IMG/VR virus record: IMGVR_UViG_3300025132_007932 | Location: 34,425 to 98,424 of that record | Length of the DNA: 64,000 bases | Source of the DNA: a virus | Direction: 5' to 3' (one strand) | Part shown: positions 19,601 to 30,400 of the stretch, piece by piece | How the letters are laid out: each line of letters starts with the position of its first letter | Numbering within the stretch: position 1 is the stretch's first letter | The notes under the pieces: generated by a model | What the model was told of the DNA's origin: nothing | Seen by the model: the letters and a program-made list of their open reading frames with translations, nothing else | Database searches by the model: none | Position numbers and translations under genes: made by a program

Positions 19601-22600
19601 CCCGGGTTCTTATCTGACTTGGAAGATTTGACACAGATGATGCAAGACGGAATTCCAAAATATATGGAAGATATGATGCCTCCGTTGGTTTCCGATCCTG
19701 GGTGTGATAATGGATTATTGCCGTTCGAGCCGGCAGAAATAACAGAATTATCTCAAAATGGATTTGGAGGAAGTTGGGAACAACTAAAGATAGCATATTC
19801 AACAGATATGCTTGGAAACGGAAATTTCCGAAATTCAGATTCAAACTGGGGATTGTTAAACATGGTTATGTCTGATACGATGGGTAATCCATTGTCGGTC
19901 CACCACAGGAAGGTTTTTGCGCAAGAAAACTACGTTGACTATTATATTGATACCACAGAATTGCCTGCCGCAGCAAACCAAGAGCCGCTTTCAATTTTAG
20001 GTATACAAATTTTTGGTAGCCCTTTTGAAAAAGCGCCAAGCGTCGAACCAATTCAACAACAAAGAGGGGCTTACCCGCTTTATGTGGCAGAGCACCTATA
20101 CATACAATTGAAGGATATTAGAAATCAAGTAAGCGGAGAAGGCGCCACTGATCCAAAGCACAATCTTGCAACGTTTAGATCAACAAACGCAAGTATGAGA
20201 GATAGACAGATCATTAAATCGTTTAAAGACCTGGGATTTGATGGCCCATATGGTCCTGATCCCGACCCTCTTTCTATGCCTGATTTGGGTTATAATGTAA
20301 CGTCCTTAATAAAAATGGATCCATCTAAATCAGGTGGAGGTTATGTTAGGTTTATTAGAAATGCAAGAAAAGCAGATCCAGACATGACATTGTCATTCTT
20401 TGATAACGGCTATGGATTAAGAAGAGATTTAGCCGGCGCCCGGGCATCCCTGGCGCCAGAACTCAATCCGGAGACGCAAGCTCGACCATCTACAGGTAAA
20501 GGCGATACGATTCAAGGTTATACACTCGGCAGTGAGATAAATATATTCTTATCTGATATTGTCAACCCAAGACCAGTACCACCACCTCCCCCGGGCCCGG
20601 GTGAAGGAGCAGTGACTACCGACGACCCACCAGATCCAGTGCCCTTTAACCTGCCAACAGATAATATTAGATTGCAAATATTTGATTTAGTAAACTTGAA
20701 TTCTGACGCCGCCGGCGCAGCAGCAGCAGGCGTTAAAGAAAGAGAGGCGGACCGTGAAGGAGATGATCTTAGTGAAGTTTCCCAACTTAAGAGCCTTAAG
20801 TATGAATTTATGGGAGTTGATGACAACCTAAAAGACGTCGACGCTTCCCAGTTCCCACAGTTCTATGACTCGTTTGTTTCAGAGCAAAGTCAAATACCAC
20901 AAGCAAGATTACTTTCAGATTTAACGGGAATTCCAGTTGGAGAATGCGTAACGCTACACAATGATGTAATGAACTCAGTTTACAGAGCACTTTTAGATAC
21001 AATTCTAGACACAGACGCTTCACTGGTTGAAAGCTTGGATGAACGGGAAGTCGGCGAAGGCCACCCTGGATACAATGTGCCTCCGTCATTTATATATGGA
21101 GCAGAACTAGATGCAATAACCCCAGATATGTTCGATTATGTTGTCCCACAATCAATTAGGGATGATTCCGAATACAGAGATTCTGGGGATGAAAATCTTA
21201 TGAAAGATCTTGAAATCAAAGACTATGATAAAGATGGAATCGAATTCGATTGGCGCTCCATCAGAAATGGAGATTTAGTCTTGGGAGTTAGTAGAGACGC
21301 CTTCAATAATGAAACAGCAGGTACCCCGGAATTAACTCGCGTTGTATATTTAGATCCCAAGAAGTTTGGAGGCAGATATCTACGACCCAAGGTCACGGTC
21401 AAGCCACAAGTAAATATGGGGTGGATGGGCTTCGCTGATGCATTATTCCCTCAAATTAGCCCCTGCAAGCCACAGCGCACTGATATGGTCGATTTTGGAG
21501 ACATTAGTGATACTATAAATGATGAGCTAATGTTCATCTCTCATGATCAAAGACTTAAAGAAAGTAAAGAGTGCGCCATAGAAAAGCCATTCAACAGGAT
21601 TCTAGAGCGCTCAGGAAAGGCGGGAGTTCACGGAGTCATTAGAGCAGCTTGTAGAATCTTTGGTTCTACGTATATGATTTTAGGTATGCCGGTGTTTAGT
21701 AAAATTGCACCAAGATTCCCAGATAATTTTAGTAACGTTTATGCTGCATATATTGTTGAAATAATGGAACAAGCGTGTAAAGATGCTCAAAATGGAGCTT
21801 GGTCTTGGTTTAATCCATTCAAGGACAACGATTTTTGGTATTCATTCCTTGAGCAAGCTGTGCAAACTTATGGGCGACTAGTGGATGATGGAAAAATAGC
21901 AGATCCTCCCAAGTATATTTTAGACATCTTATGGGACTTAACACCGCGCGGATCACTTGGAGACATGAGCAGTGGTTTAGGCAACGGGCTCTCACTCAAC
22001 TCTGCGCAAGTTTACTACGACTATCCTTGGAGAAGTGATTGGTGGGAATCGGTATTTTCTGGAGAAATAAGTATTTTCAAAAGTTTAAGCAAATACAGAA
22101 AAGAAACGGCTCTTGCAACTGTTGCCAAGTACGAAGAAGCTTGCAAGATTATTTTGCAAGAGTTCATAAGAAATGAATTAAACTGGACTGGCGAAAACTT
22201 TATGAAGAACTTAAAGACCACTGGGCTTACTCCAAAGCACTATGATCTTGATTACTTCCTTTTAGAGCAGATGACTGCCGGCGGAATACCACCGAGAGAT
22301 GTTCCCGGTAGAGAGTACACCGGTCCGTCTGGATCTAACAGGCCCGAAGCTGATGTTCCTGGTTTAGATTTAGAGTGGCCTGTTAAAGAAGTGTTATTAG
22401 GTGGAAGCAAAGTACAAGGCCAGGACTACTATACAAACGGTGGGGAATTGATGTATTTGGACGGCGGAAAAGAATATGTCGGACCGTACCACATAGCTTT
22501 AGACTCTGAGGGCGAAGAAGTCTTCAAAGCCGGAGATGCATCGGCTCCAGTAGACAGCGCAAATCATGATCCAGATCAGCCAACATTGAAAGTATTGGCC

Positions 22601-23611
22601 AATTCCACTGTCGTCCCGATTGGCTCTGTAGAGACTTGGACTGGCACCCGGCCGCTTAGCTTTACCGCTGACCAGCCATTCGCAATACAAATGTACACAT
22701 CTATTAATGGCACCAAATATGCCCCGAGTGATGCAATTAGTCTTATAAGATCTCACCCGGATCAGTCACAATTAATCTCGGAAGTTTATCCAGGTACGAT
22801 GAAGAACCTTAAAGATGAAGAAGGTAATATAATTGGTATAGAAGGTGAACTGGGAGTTAGGCATGGTATAACATTCTGGATTGGCTCAGAGTCAACTGCA
22901 GCAGAAATCGTCTCAGTTGAAATAGATGCTCTAGACTATACACTAGATAGGGCGACAAAATTTGAAGGAAATAGTCCTATTTTGTGGTGCCTGCTGAGGA
23001 ATCTAAAAAATCATAAAAAGTTTAAATTAATATCACACTATGTGTTTCCGTTAAACAAGGTTGCTGCGACATTGGCAATCTACTGCACTGAAAACTTTAT
23101 TAATTCAATAGGTCAAATTTCTGTAGGAAATAATTCTACTTATGGATTCTTCTCGTTCAACAAGTATAGCCCTTGGGGATACGCAGATAAAGAATATACT
23201 GGTAAACCTGGCTCCCGCGCCAGCATAGACACAGAGCTTGTTGAATCAGGCAGTAGAAAGTATCTGAAAGTAGATTTCACACAAGAAGGAAATCCAGGCT
23301 GGGCTTCTTTTGCTGATCGAAACCCCGGTTTTTGGGCTGGCCTGTGGGTTAAGCACTGGGATAAGTGGGATAGAATATTGCTTAGAAAGTCGACTTCTAA
23401 ATTGAAAATTTTATTTAACGCATATTATAACAATAGGAATTTTGGAGGTCCAAAAATGAAAGCACCGAAGGGATCACAAATTTGGGCCCAAGGTCTTAGC
23501 GAGGCTCTTAAGCCGGCCCCAGGAGCGAGCTACAAGCCTGACTGGGCGAAGTTTGTTGGTAATGCTTGGAACGCAGAAGGTGGATTGTGCGACAAATTTG
23601 ATTCAGATTAG
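16622..23611 (+). CDS. Very large (2329 aa) putative virion protein of unknown function
   Basis: Uninterrupted ORF with GAGAGG SD, directly upstream of gp25. N-terminal DxNxDG motif, many Cys, one long hydrophobic helix. Confidence 0.6.
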   Translation: MAESTFLPYQDSNNDGIHNDCPVDIVLEPNVCPDCAPNPKALVPRWKKRGITEPFLNEKSCKFQVTKVTPHTEIVDRSTIIAYENNGNEVPADIQDTQLNKKFEEYLDEVIDTFLTEYDKLVTTPNIETLREAIEFTAFDLDPRPHSKLKLLYSVPFTVLNNLEEDEEEEETEEPKLDDITVKYNATDMAIKLIRVRKGLGLYNRYLKVYRAIEGGNIWYEETGSLFNLEVYGDIGFFPDCEMADLLTQLDSFLNQKGYNIPGAGVAGYFAKKVTKLQFTFTGKRKLKKLRAWTAGCPHTPKTWGPKKLKSLNNRSAWKNPTAVGYLIKLFEMERDLTARRPKPWLEFLEEHTYPKIYSTDSTIDEDEDPESPSKKSKKKKKTALSCVGDSLMGEAKQLGQDIMDEVFSIGDAIAYQFHKNLCRENLSEVIDDWADTIGENGNFGDVASMGAEQAYKELIASDDVFVRMCANFIGSSIGVGGSPVGSLDDVWYHGFDEIKICGLFDLILDMLKCLLNGLTLEEALAGMIRSALNAMGVENFGSLFVGLPPEKQAELDALVQRKLNSGDIFAAGSDLQKLSDAIEGGGTGSRNDPQNRGQVTYTKPWEKEEVVQAERDNKRTGGGDAEVPGVPKNENAITGQRNERTLAQQFGSISENANNELSDDNIMEAYIKALIEVYSQDLMSLLDELNKFPGAQFVAKIFATLDCPMPPIFNPGLFDWLKDLTLPFCRNMSDLTFPRFENPFAEIANLKDILYLLWLIALWVIQQLIMKIIMMILIRLCELFSDIICKALATVGNLAASLPDIISGKETFASVIRESICGPDASDEQVNDTIVDMMESLGATSISPDGAAAMGNRERLIQFAEDISSATTRSELMESFLGEPSDQVLSVVDQLIDFEYPELREGLPNKRAIGSLLGNCGNLMPAEFKEDMRNFLEGLPPDDEMPANPSLCATPGQIEQFKELRCSLLEGRATKEQCDTMFDALRGNDPDNPGFLSDLEDLTQMMQDGIPKYMEDMMPPLVSDPGCDNGLLPFEPAEITELSQNGFGGSWEQLKIAYSTDMLGNGNFRNSDSNWGLLNMVMSDTMGNPLSVHHRKVFAQENYVDYYIDTTELPAAANQEPLSILGIQIFGSPFEKAPSVEPIQQQRGAYPLYVAEHLYIQLKDIRNQVSGEGATDPKHNLATFRSTNASMRDRQIIKSFKDLGFDGPYGPDPDPLSMPDLGYNVTSLIKMDPSKSGGGYVRFIRNARKADPDMTLSFFDNGYGLRRDLAGARASLAPELNPETQARPSTGKGDTIQGYTLGSEINIFLSDIVNPRPVPPPPPGPGEGAVTTDDPPDPVPFNLPTDNIRLQIFDLVNLNSDAAGAAAAGVKEREADREGDDLSEVSQLKSLKYEFMGVDDNLKDVDASQFPQFYDSFVSEQSQIPQARLLSDLTGIPVGECVTLHNDVMNSVYRALLDTILDTDASLVESLDEREVGEGHPGYNVPPSFIYGAELDAITPDMFDYVVPQSIRDDSEYRDSGDENLMKDLEIKDYDKDGIEFDWRSIRNGDLVLGVSRDAFNNETAGTPELTRVVYLDPKKFGGRYLRPKVTVKPQVNMGWMGFADALFPQISPCKPQRTDMVDFGDISDTINDELMFISHDQRLKESKECAIEKPFNRILERSGKAGVHGVIRAACRIFGSTYMILGMPVFSKIAPRFPDNFSNVYAAYIVEIMEQACKDAQNGAWSWFNPFKDNDFWYSFLEQAVQTYGRLVDDGKIADPPKYILDILWDLTPRGSLGDMSSGLGNGLSLNSAQVYYDYPWRSDWWESVFSGEISIFKSLSKYRKETALATVAKYEEACKIILQEFIRNELNWTGENFMKNLKTTGLTPKHYDLDYFLLEQMTAGGIPPRDVPGREYTGPSGSNRPEADVPGLDLEWPVKEVLLGGSKVQGQDYYTNGGELMYLDGGKEYVGPYHIALDSEGEEVFKAGDASAPVDSANHDPDQPTLKVLANSTVVPIGSVETWTGTRPLSFTADQPFAIQMYTSINGTKYAPSDAISLIRSHPDQSQLISEVYPGTMKNLKDEEGNIIGIEGELGVRHGITFWIGSESTAAEIVSVEIDALDYTLDRATKFEGNSPILWCLLRNLKNHKKFKLISHYVFPLNKVAATLAIYCTENFINSIGQISVGNNSTYGFFSFNKYSPWGYADKEYTGKPGSRASIDTELVESGSRKYLKVDFTQEGNPGWASFADRNPGFWAGLWVKHWDKWDRILLRKSTSKLKILFNAYYNNRNFGGPKMKAPKGSQIWAQGLSEALKPAPGASYKPDWAKFVGNAWNAEGGLCDKFDSD

Positions 23612-23643
23612 CAATGACGTCTAATTAAATAAGGAGGTAGTTT

Positions 23644-24012
23644 ATGGCTTCACTAGGTGTGGCATTACCATTGACTCTTGATTCGGGCGATGGATTTACA
23701 ATGCTAAAAGATTTTAAAAAAACAATCAGGCAAAATTTAAAGATGTTAATACTGACAAACCCAGGGGAAAGAATAATGGAACCCAATTTTGGAGTTGGTA
23801 TGAGAACTTATTTATTTGAAAATTATCATGAGGATGTCACGACAAGGATAGAAACAAAAATCAAGCAACAAGTCGAGATTTATATGCCAAGCATCCGGAT
23901 TAGAGCGGTCCAGTTTGATACTTCAAATATAGACTCAAACAAATTAGGTGTAACTATAAAGTATGAAGTACCGCAAATTGCAGTAAGAGATTTGCTACAA
24001 TTCACTATTTAA
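23644..24012 (+). CDS. Baseplate wedge subunit, T4 gp25 / GPW-like
   Basis: IRQNLKMLILTNPGERIMEPNFGVG signature; AAGGAGG SD. Confidence 0.9.
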   Translation: MASLGVALPLTLDSGDGFTMLKDFKKTIRQNLKMLILTNPGERIMEPNFGVGMRTYLFENYHEDVTTRIETKIKQQVEIYMPSIRIRAVQFDTSNIDSNKLGVTIKYEVPQIAVRDLLQFTI

Positions 24013-24027
24013 AAAAGAGGATTTTTT

Positions 24028-25824
24028 ATGGCAGATCAACAAAAAAAGATTTTACCTATCAACTACACCAATAGGGACTACGAAAGTATTCGAGACGATC
24101 TGCTGGAAATAGCAGAAAGATTTTACCCCGATACTTTTCAAGATTTTAGTGAGGCTTCCTTTGGTTCTCTGATGTTAGACGCGGTTGCTTATGTCGGTGA
24201 TCAGTTATCATTTTATTTGGATTATAATATCAATGAGTCGTTTATGGATACCTCGTATCAATATAACAATATCTTACGACACGGAAGGATCCTAGGCTAT
24301 AAAAACACTGGACGACCCTCAACCTATGGCAAAGTGGCCCTTTACGTTCTTGTGCCGGCATCTCCAACCGGTATTGGCCCTGACACCAGATACACTCCGG
24401 TAATAAAAAGAGGAAGCACATTTTCAAGTGATACAGGCTTGGCGTTCATGCTCACAGAGAATGTAGACTTTAGCAGACCTGGAACCGTTGTGGTTGTTGG
24501 TAAGGTAGACACCGACACCGGTGCCCCAACTCATTATGCCATCAAGGCCTATGGGCACGTTGTATCTGGAGAGATGGCATCAGAAAAAATTGAAACTGGG
24601 CCATTTGAAAGATTTAAAAGACTCAAGCTCGGCGGATCGAATATTTCAGAAATTATATCTGTGGTCGATGAAAACGGTGATGAGTATTACGAAGTTGACT
24701 ATCTCTCACAAGACATTGTTTACAAAGAGATCCCTAATTTAAATTATCAAAATGATAACGTTGCATCAATACTTAAGCCGTTTCTTGTGAGCAGAAAATT
24801 TGTTCTCGAAAGAGATAGGTTTAGTGCATATCTACAGTTTGGGAGTGGTAAATCGGGAGAAACAAATGTTGTTGCAGATCCTCAAAGGGTCGCACTAGAT
24901 ATTTTTGGAAAAGATTATGTAACAGACACAACCTTCGATCCCTCTAGATTGACAAGAAATGAAAATCTTGGAATTGGCCCATCTAATACATCATTAACAG
25001 TGACTTACCGTGCAACAAATCCAACAAACTCTAATATCGGAGTAGCAGGAATAAACTCGTTATCGTCAGTAGATGTAGATTTTGCGGATAGATCAGTATT
25101 GGCTGCTAGCACTATGCAGGAAGTTTTGGATTCTATAGAGGTCTCAAATGAAACACCAATCGTTGGAGACGTATCAAATGCTTCCAGCGCGGAACTTAAA
25201 AGAAGAGTCTTCGATACTTTTGCAACTCAAAACAGGGCTGTAACCCAATCTGATTATGAAAATTTGGTTTACAGAATGCCGGCAAAATTCGGCGCCATAA
25301 AAAGATGCTCAACTCAGAAGGATCCAAATTCTGCGAAAAGAAACCTAAACATGTATGTGATTTCAGTTGATGATTTTGGAAATTTAACGATGCCAAATAA
25401 TACTATAAAAAATAACTTAAAAACTTGGCTAAATCGTCATAGAATGATAAATGACACTGTTGATATACTTGAGCCCTATCTTATTAACATCGGTATTGAT
25501 TTTATTGTAAGGGCTGCTAGTAATGTTGATAAATTTGATTTATTAGAAAAGTGTGTACAAACTCTATCAAGAAAATATTCGGATCATTTTTACATTGGCG
25601 AACACCTCTATGTAAGTGATATTTATGCTGAATTAAAAAATGTAGAAGGAGTGTTAGACGTCGTAAAGGTAAAGATAAATAACAGAACCGGTGCAGCGTA
25701 TTCTAGTACAAAGATTGACATCAACAAAAATATGTCACCAGATGGAAACTATCTGATTGTACCGAAAAATGCAATTTTAGAATTAAAATATCCAGATGTT
25801 GACATTAAAGGAAAGATTAGATAA
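24028..25824 (+). CDS. Baseplate wedge subunit, T4 gp6 / baseplate J-like
   Basis: NYTNRDYESIRDDL, AYVGDQLSFYLD, LQFGSG, QNRAVTQSDYE. Confidence 0.88.
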   Translation: MADQQKKILPINYTNRDYESIRDDLLEIAERFYPDTFQDFSEASFGSLMLDAVAYVGDQLSFYLDYNINESFMDTSYQYNNILRHGRILGYKNTGRPSTYGKVALYVLVPASPTGIGPDTRYTPVIKRGSTFSSDTGLAFMLTENVDFSRPGTVVVVGKVDTDTGAPTHYAIKAYGHVVSGEMASEKIETGPFERFKRLKLGGSNISEIISVVDENGDEYYEVDYLSQDIVYKEIPNLNYQNDNVASILKPFLVSRKFVLERDRFSAYLQFGSGKSGETNVVADPQRVALDIFGKDYVTDTTFDPSRLTRNENLGIGPSNTSLTVTYRATNPTNSNIGVAGINSLSSVDVDFADRSVLAASTMQEVLDSIEVSNETPIVGDVSNASSAELKRRVFDTFATQNRAVTQSDYENLVYRMPAKFGAIKRCSTQKDPNSAKRNLNMYVISVDDFGNLTMPNNTIKNNLKTWLNRHRMINDTVDILEPYLINIGIDFIVRAASNVDKFDLLEKCVQTLSRKYSDHFYIGEHLYVSDIYAELKNVEGVLDVVKVKINNRTGAAYSSTKIDINKNMSPDGNYLIVPKNAILELKYPDVDIKGKIR

Positions 25825-27458
25825 TGGCCATAAAAAAATATGTAGCCAACGCAGACACAACAATTACAAATGCATTCCAGCCAAATTTAAATACTAGGGC
25901 TACGGGAGCAAACGCCGGCGCATCTGATGTTTTAGAGACGTTTTCTATTTATGGAAGACAAGCATCTAGCTCGGCTGAGCTTTCAAGAATACTCATAAAA
26001 TTTCCTATTGACCAGATAACCACGGATCGAAACAATGGCGTAATACCAGGTTCTGGGAGTGTTAGTTTTTACTTACGCATGTTTAATGCAAAGCACTCAA
26101 AGACAGTTCCTTCTGGAAGCTACCTTATGGTTGCGGAGCCTTTGTCCCGAGATTGGCAAGAAGGCTTCGGCTTGGACCTGGAAACTTACAAAGACAAAAC
26201 CAACGGAAACGTTGGCTCTAATTGGATGAGCGCCAGCGCAACAACACCCTGGACAAAAACAGGCGGAGATTATATCACAGCAGCCAATGCTGCATATCCT
26301 TGGAGATGGTTTAGTCAAAGAATGACAACCGGACTGGAAGACATTGAAATTGATATCACACAAATGGTGGAATTATGGTCTGCCGGTACGGTAAATAACT
26401 ACGGCTTTGGTGTGCATCTTACGGGCGCAGCAGAAGCCTACTATGACGTTGCGCAAGATGGAACATATGATGGCTGGAATCAAAACACTACGGGCTCCAC
26501 AACGTCTTTTTATACTAAAAGATTTTTCGCAAGAGGAACCCAATACTTTTACAAAAAACCAGTTATTGAGGCACGATGGAATTCTAGCAGAAAAGATGAC
26601 AGAGGAGATATGTTTTACAGCAGCTCTCTTGCTGGAGTTAATGACAATTTAAATACAATCTTTCTCTACAACTACGTCCGCGGCAGGCTTTCAAACATTC
26701 CTTCCGTAAACAAAGGAGCAATTTACGTCAGCTTCTATTCCGGCTCTAATGACGACTCTAAGTCAAGTGGCCACAGCAAGGCAACCGGTACCGAAACAGG
26801 ACGAGAAGACAGAATGGCGATTACACTACCAACAACATTGCCGTATACGCATGTTTCAGCTTTAAACCCGTACGTCGTAACTGGAGGTTGGATATCAACA
26901 GGGATTTATACGGCTTCGTTTGCAATAACAGGCGCCACTCCGCCATTAACAAAAATATTCGATGTGTGGCATGATGGCTCTGGTAAAAATCGTCCTTGGT
27001 CTGGTATAGAATTTGCAACGTCTTCGTTCCGGCCTTTAAATATGAGCGCTAGTGTTTCTGTAAACAAGCCGTTTTATTTCTTAAACATCACAAACCTGAG
27101 AAACAGCTACGATGCTGCTGAAACCGCAAGATTCAACTTGTTTGTTAGGCCAAAATATTGGAATCCAACAGTTTACACGATTGCAAATGCAGATGTAGAG
27201 AACACATCACAAGCTAGCGCGTCATATATGGTGTACAGGGTATTAGATGGCCACGCCGCAGTTCCATATGGCACAGGATCAAATGGAGAAACAATGCTGT
27301 CGTATGATATGTCAGGAAATTATTTTGACTTTGATATGAGACTCTTGGAGCCTGGCTACACATATGCATTTAAATTTTCCTTCTATGATAATGATATCGG
27401 CAGTTGGACAGAACAAAAAGACTCTTTCAAGTTTAGAGTAGAAGACTATGAGTATTAA
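25824..27458 (+). CDS. Putative baseplate/tail structural protein (DNRLRE-like beta-sandwich N-terminal domain)
   Basis: ADTTI...N.GA...SRILIKF...WQEG.G...W...GGD...DITQMVELW...NYGF pattern; coupled to the gp6-like gene. Confidence 0.55.
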   Translation: MAIKKYVANADTTITNAFQPNLNTRATGANAGASDVLETFSIYGRQASSSAELSRILIKFPIDQITTDRNNGVIPGSGSVSFYLRMFNAKHSKTVPSGSYLMVAEPLSRDWQEGFGLDLETYKDKTNGNVGSNWMSASATTPWTKTGGDYITAANAAYPWRWFSQRMTTGLEDIEIDITQMVELWSAGTVNNYGFGVHLTGAAEAYYDVAQDGTYDGWNQNTTGSTTSFYTKRFFARGTQYFYKKPVIEARWNSSRKDDRGDMFYSSSLAGVNDNLNTIFLYNYVRGRLSNIPSVNKGAIYVSFYSGSNDDSKSSGHSKATGTETGREDRMAITLPTTLPYTHVSALNPYVVTGGWISTGIYTASFAITGATPPLTKIFDVWHDGSGKNRPWSGIEFATSSFRPLNMSASVSVNKPFYFLNITNLRNSYDAAETARFNLFVRPKYWNPTVYTIANADVENTSQASASYMVYRVLDGHAAVPYGTGSNGETMLSYDMSGNYFDFDMRLLEPGYTYAFKFSFYDNDIGSWTEQKDSFKFRVEDYEY

Positions 27459-30400
27459 GAAACTTTTCGAATCAACAGACAAATCAAAAAATTATTTAAC
27501 AAGTAAAAATAGAAAAGACGCCTTTAAAAATGTCGAGTCTGGCAGAAATGTGTCTGCTCTGCGCGAAAAACAACAAACGTTCGTCCCGCAGGTAGACTAT
27601 TCAAACCCAGAAAATTTTGCTAGATATGGCTCAGCTTATTTGTATTACGAAAGCTCAATTGATCGAATTATCGATTACTACCCTTATGATGGCTCTGATG
27701 CGGAAATAAATGAATATTACAACAAATCCTTAGATATAGAAAAATATGTCTTTAATAACTTGTATCCGCGCACCAATGGTTATATTATTTTGTGTGCAGA
27801 CGGATATGGAAGCTCCACTGCGGGTGTTGATGGATATGATGTTCCAGCAACTCAAGAACATATTACATTTTACGGCGGCCCCGGCACCGCATCGGCAACA
27901 ACAAACAAGAAAGATCTGTTCAATAATCCAAAAGACAGTAAATTTCAGTATTCAAACGTATATGACACAGACATATACACAACTGAAGGATTGCCATCTG
28001 ATTATGGATCCGGTTCTCGCGAATCAAACTTAAAGGCAGATTTTGAGCGCGGAGTCACTGTTGAGTTCTGGATGAAGTCTGGCTCTATGGCCCCAAGCGC
28101 GACAACAACTAGAAAGCAAGTCATCTTTGACATGTGGAACAATAACTCTTCTGCTAGTAGTGATTATGCAAGACTTAGAATAATGATGACAGGTACTGCG
28201 GGCGCAGGAGAATGGTTAACAGCCACAGGAGACTCCGACGCAGATACACCATTCTACATCACAGCTTTATCTGGCGCCGCTACTACCACCGCCCCAGAGA
28301 CGATAAATATAAGCAGTATTAGCGGAAAAGGAATTAGTAATTACAAAATCGGTAAGAGCTTGGTGGCTGATAATGCTTGGCATCATTATGCATTTGTTTT
28401 GTACAATTCCGGCAGCGATGCAAAATTGAGTCTTTATGTTGATGGAAGACACAACGATACGAGAACCATAACAAGCGCAGCAATAGACAATTTAAATTCA
28501 AAGAACATGGTTGGGAGAATTGGCGCCCTTGTGACTGCTCCAGAAAAAAGCAATGCTGCTACTGGATCTGCAAAACTAAACGCATCTTTAGACGAGTTCC
28601 GTTTCTGGAAAGTCCGTCGTTCTGCAGAAGAAATTGGAAGAAACTATTTTACACAAATCCGCGGAGGTGTCAACACAGATATTTCCAATACAACACTTGG
28701 CTTGTATTATAAGTTTAATGAAGGTATAACTGGTGAGTCTGCAACCGACTCCGTTGTTCTTGACTATTCTGGTCGAGTAGTTAATGGGGTCTGGTCTGGG
28801 TATGGTTCAGACTCTAGAAACACAGGCTCTGCTATTATCTCGGCTAGCGCAGCGACTAGCGAGTATGAAGACCCGATCATATACTCAAACCACCCACAAG
28901 TGGTGTCGTTAAAAGCTGACTTGCTCTACACTGGTTCATATCATGATGATCAAAACAACGCTTCAATGAAAAATATGGTCCCTGGCTGGATTTTGGACGA
29001 TGAAGACGGAGCAAGGGATACAAACTTAAACAAGGTATCCCACGTTATGGGCGCGTACTTTGATAAACTATATCTGCAGATTCAAGCAGTTCCTTCGTTT
29101 AGGAACTTGGAATATACCAGTGCTTCCTTCACGCCGCTTCCGTTTGCTCAACATCTTCCGCAGTCTTTAGGGCTCTATAGTCCAGATTTGTTTATTGATT
29201 CGAATGTGGTTGAGAGATTTAAAAATAGAGATGAAAATTCAGTATTTGAGTCAGATCTTGCAGAAACAAAAAATCTAATTTACCTTAATCTTTATAACAA
29301 CTTAGCAAATATATTTAAATCCAAAGGTACGGAAAAATCTATTAGAAACGTTTTCAGATGTATGAATATCGATGACCGTTTGGTAAGATTTAACACATAC
29401 TTCCGGAACCAAACCTACAAACTAGACAATACGATGCAACAAACGTTGGTTGAGAAATCTTTCTTGAACCTTCACGAAAGCAACAGTATCGGCGGCGTTG
29501 TATACCAGAGGTCAAGTTCGTACCCACACGAAGCCAACAACAGACACGATGGATCAGGGTTTGTAAGGGGTCATGAGGCTCAACAAAAATATGGTATGAC
29601 ATTAGAAGCTGATGTTGTATTTCCCTCTGTCTACAAACAGTCTCCAAAAATACATAGAACGTATCATACGGCTTCTATTTTTGGTATGGTTGAGGCATAT
29701 ACAGGCTCTTCGACAGTTAACACAGCAGATGGTCACGTTTTAACAGGTTCTTTGCTTTCGATGACAGGCTCCAGAACTACTTGGCTAGCATCGGATAAGG
29801 CAAACTTTCAAGTATACGCAGTTAGACCAGATTTACGTAGAGATGATGCATATTTTGCTATTAGTTCATCAATTGATCCGTGGCCTTTCCCAACTCTTAC
29901 CAGTAGCATTTTTCCAAATGTTTATGATAATGAAAACTGGAATATATCCGTAAGACTGAAGCCGATGGCAGTTCCAAAAGAAGGAAGCCGCGTGCACATG
30001 GGTCAAGCCGTAGCACCATCAATTGTCAGTGGATCTGATTTTTACGACTATCAACTTGAATTCCGAGGTGTTAACGCAGAATTAGGCGTTATTAAAAACA
30101 GCTTCTTGCTGACTGCTTCACTTGGCCAAAGAAGCGGCTCGCAAGTTATTGTTGCCGGTAAAAGAATTCAAGCCGGCGCATACAGATTTAACACAACAGG
30201 CACTGTAATACACCCGTCCGATGTTCAAGTCGCCGGCGTTAGGTACTGGACAAAGTATGTCGATGATATCGCTCTCGATCAACATGTTTACGATGTATAT
30301 AATCAGGGTGTATCTGGCTCTTATTTCCAACTTTCTCCTCTTGATGGAGGCCAATCTTCGGATAAATACGGAAACTTTGAAAACTATAACTATGGTTCAT

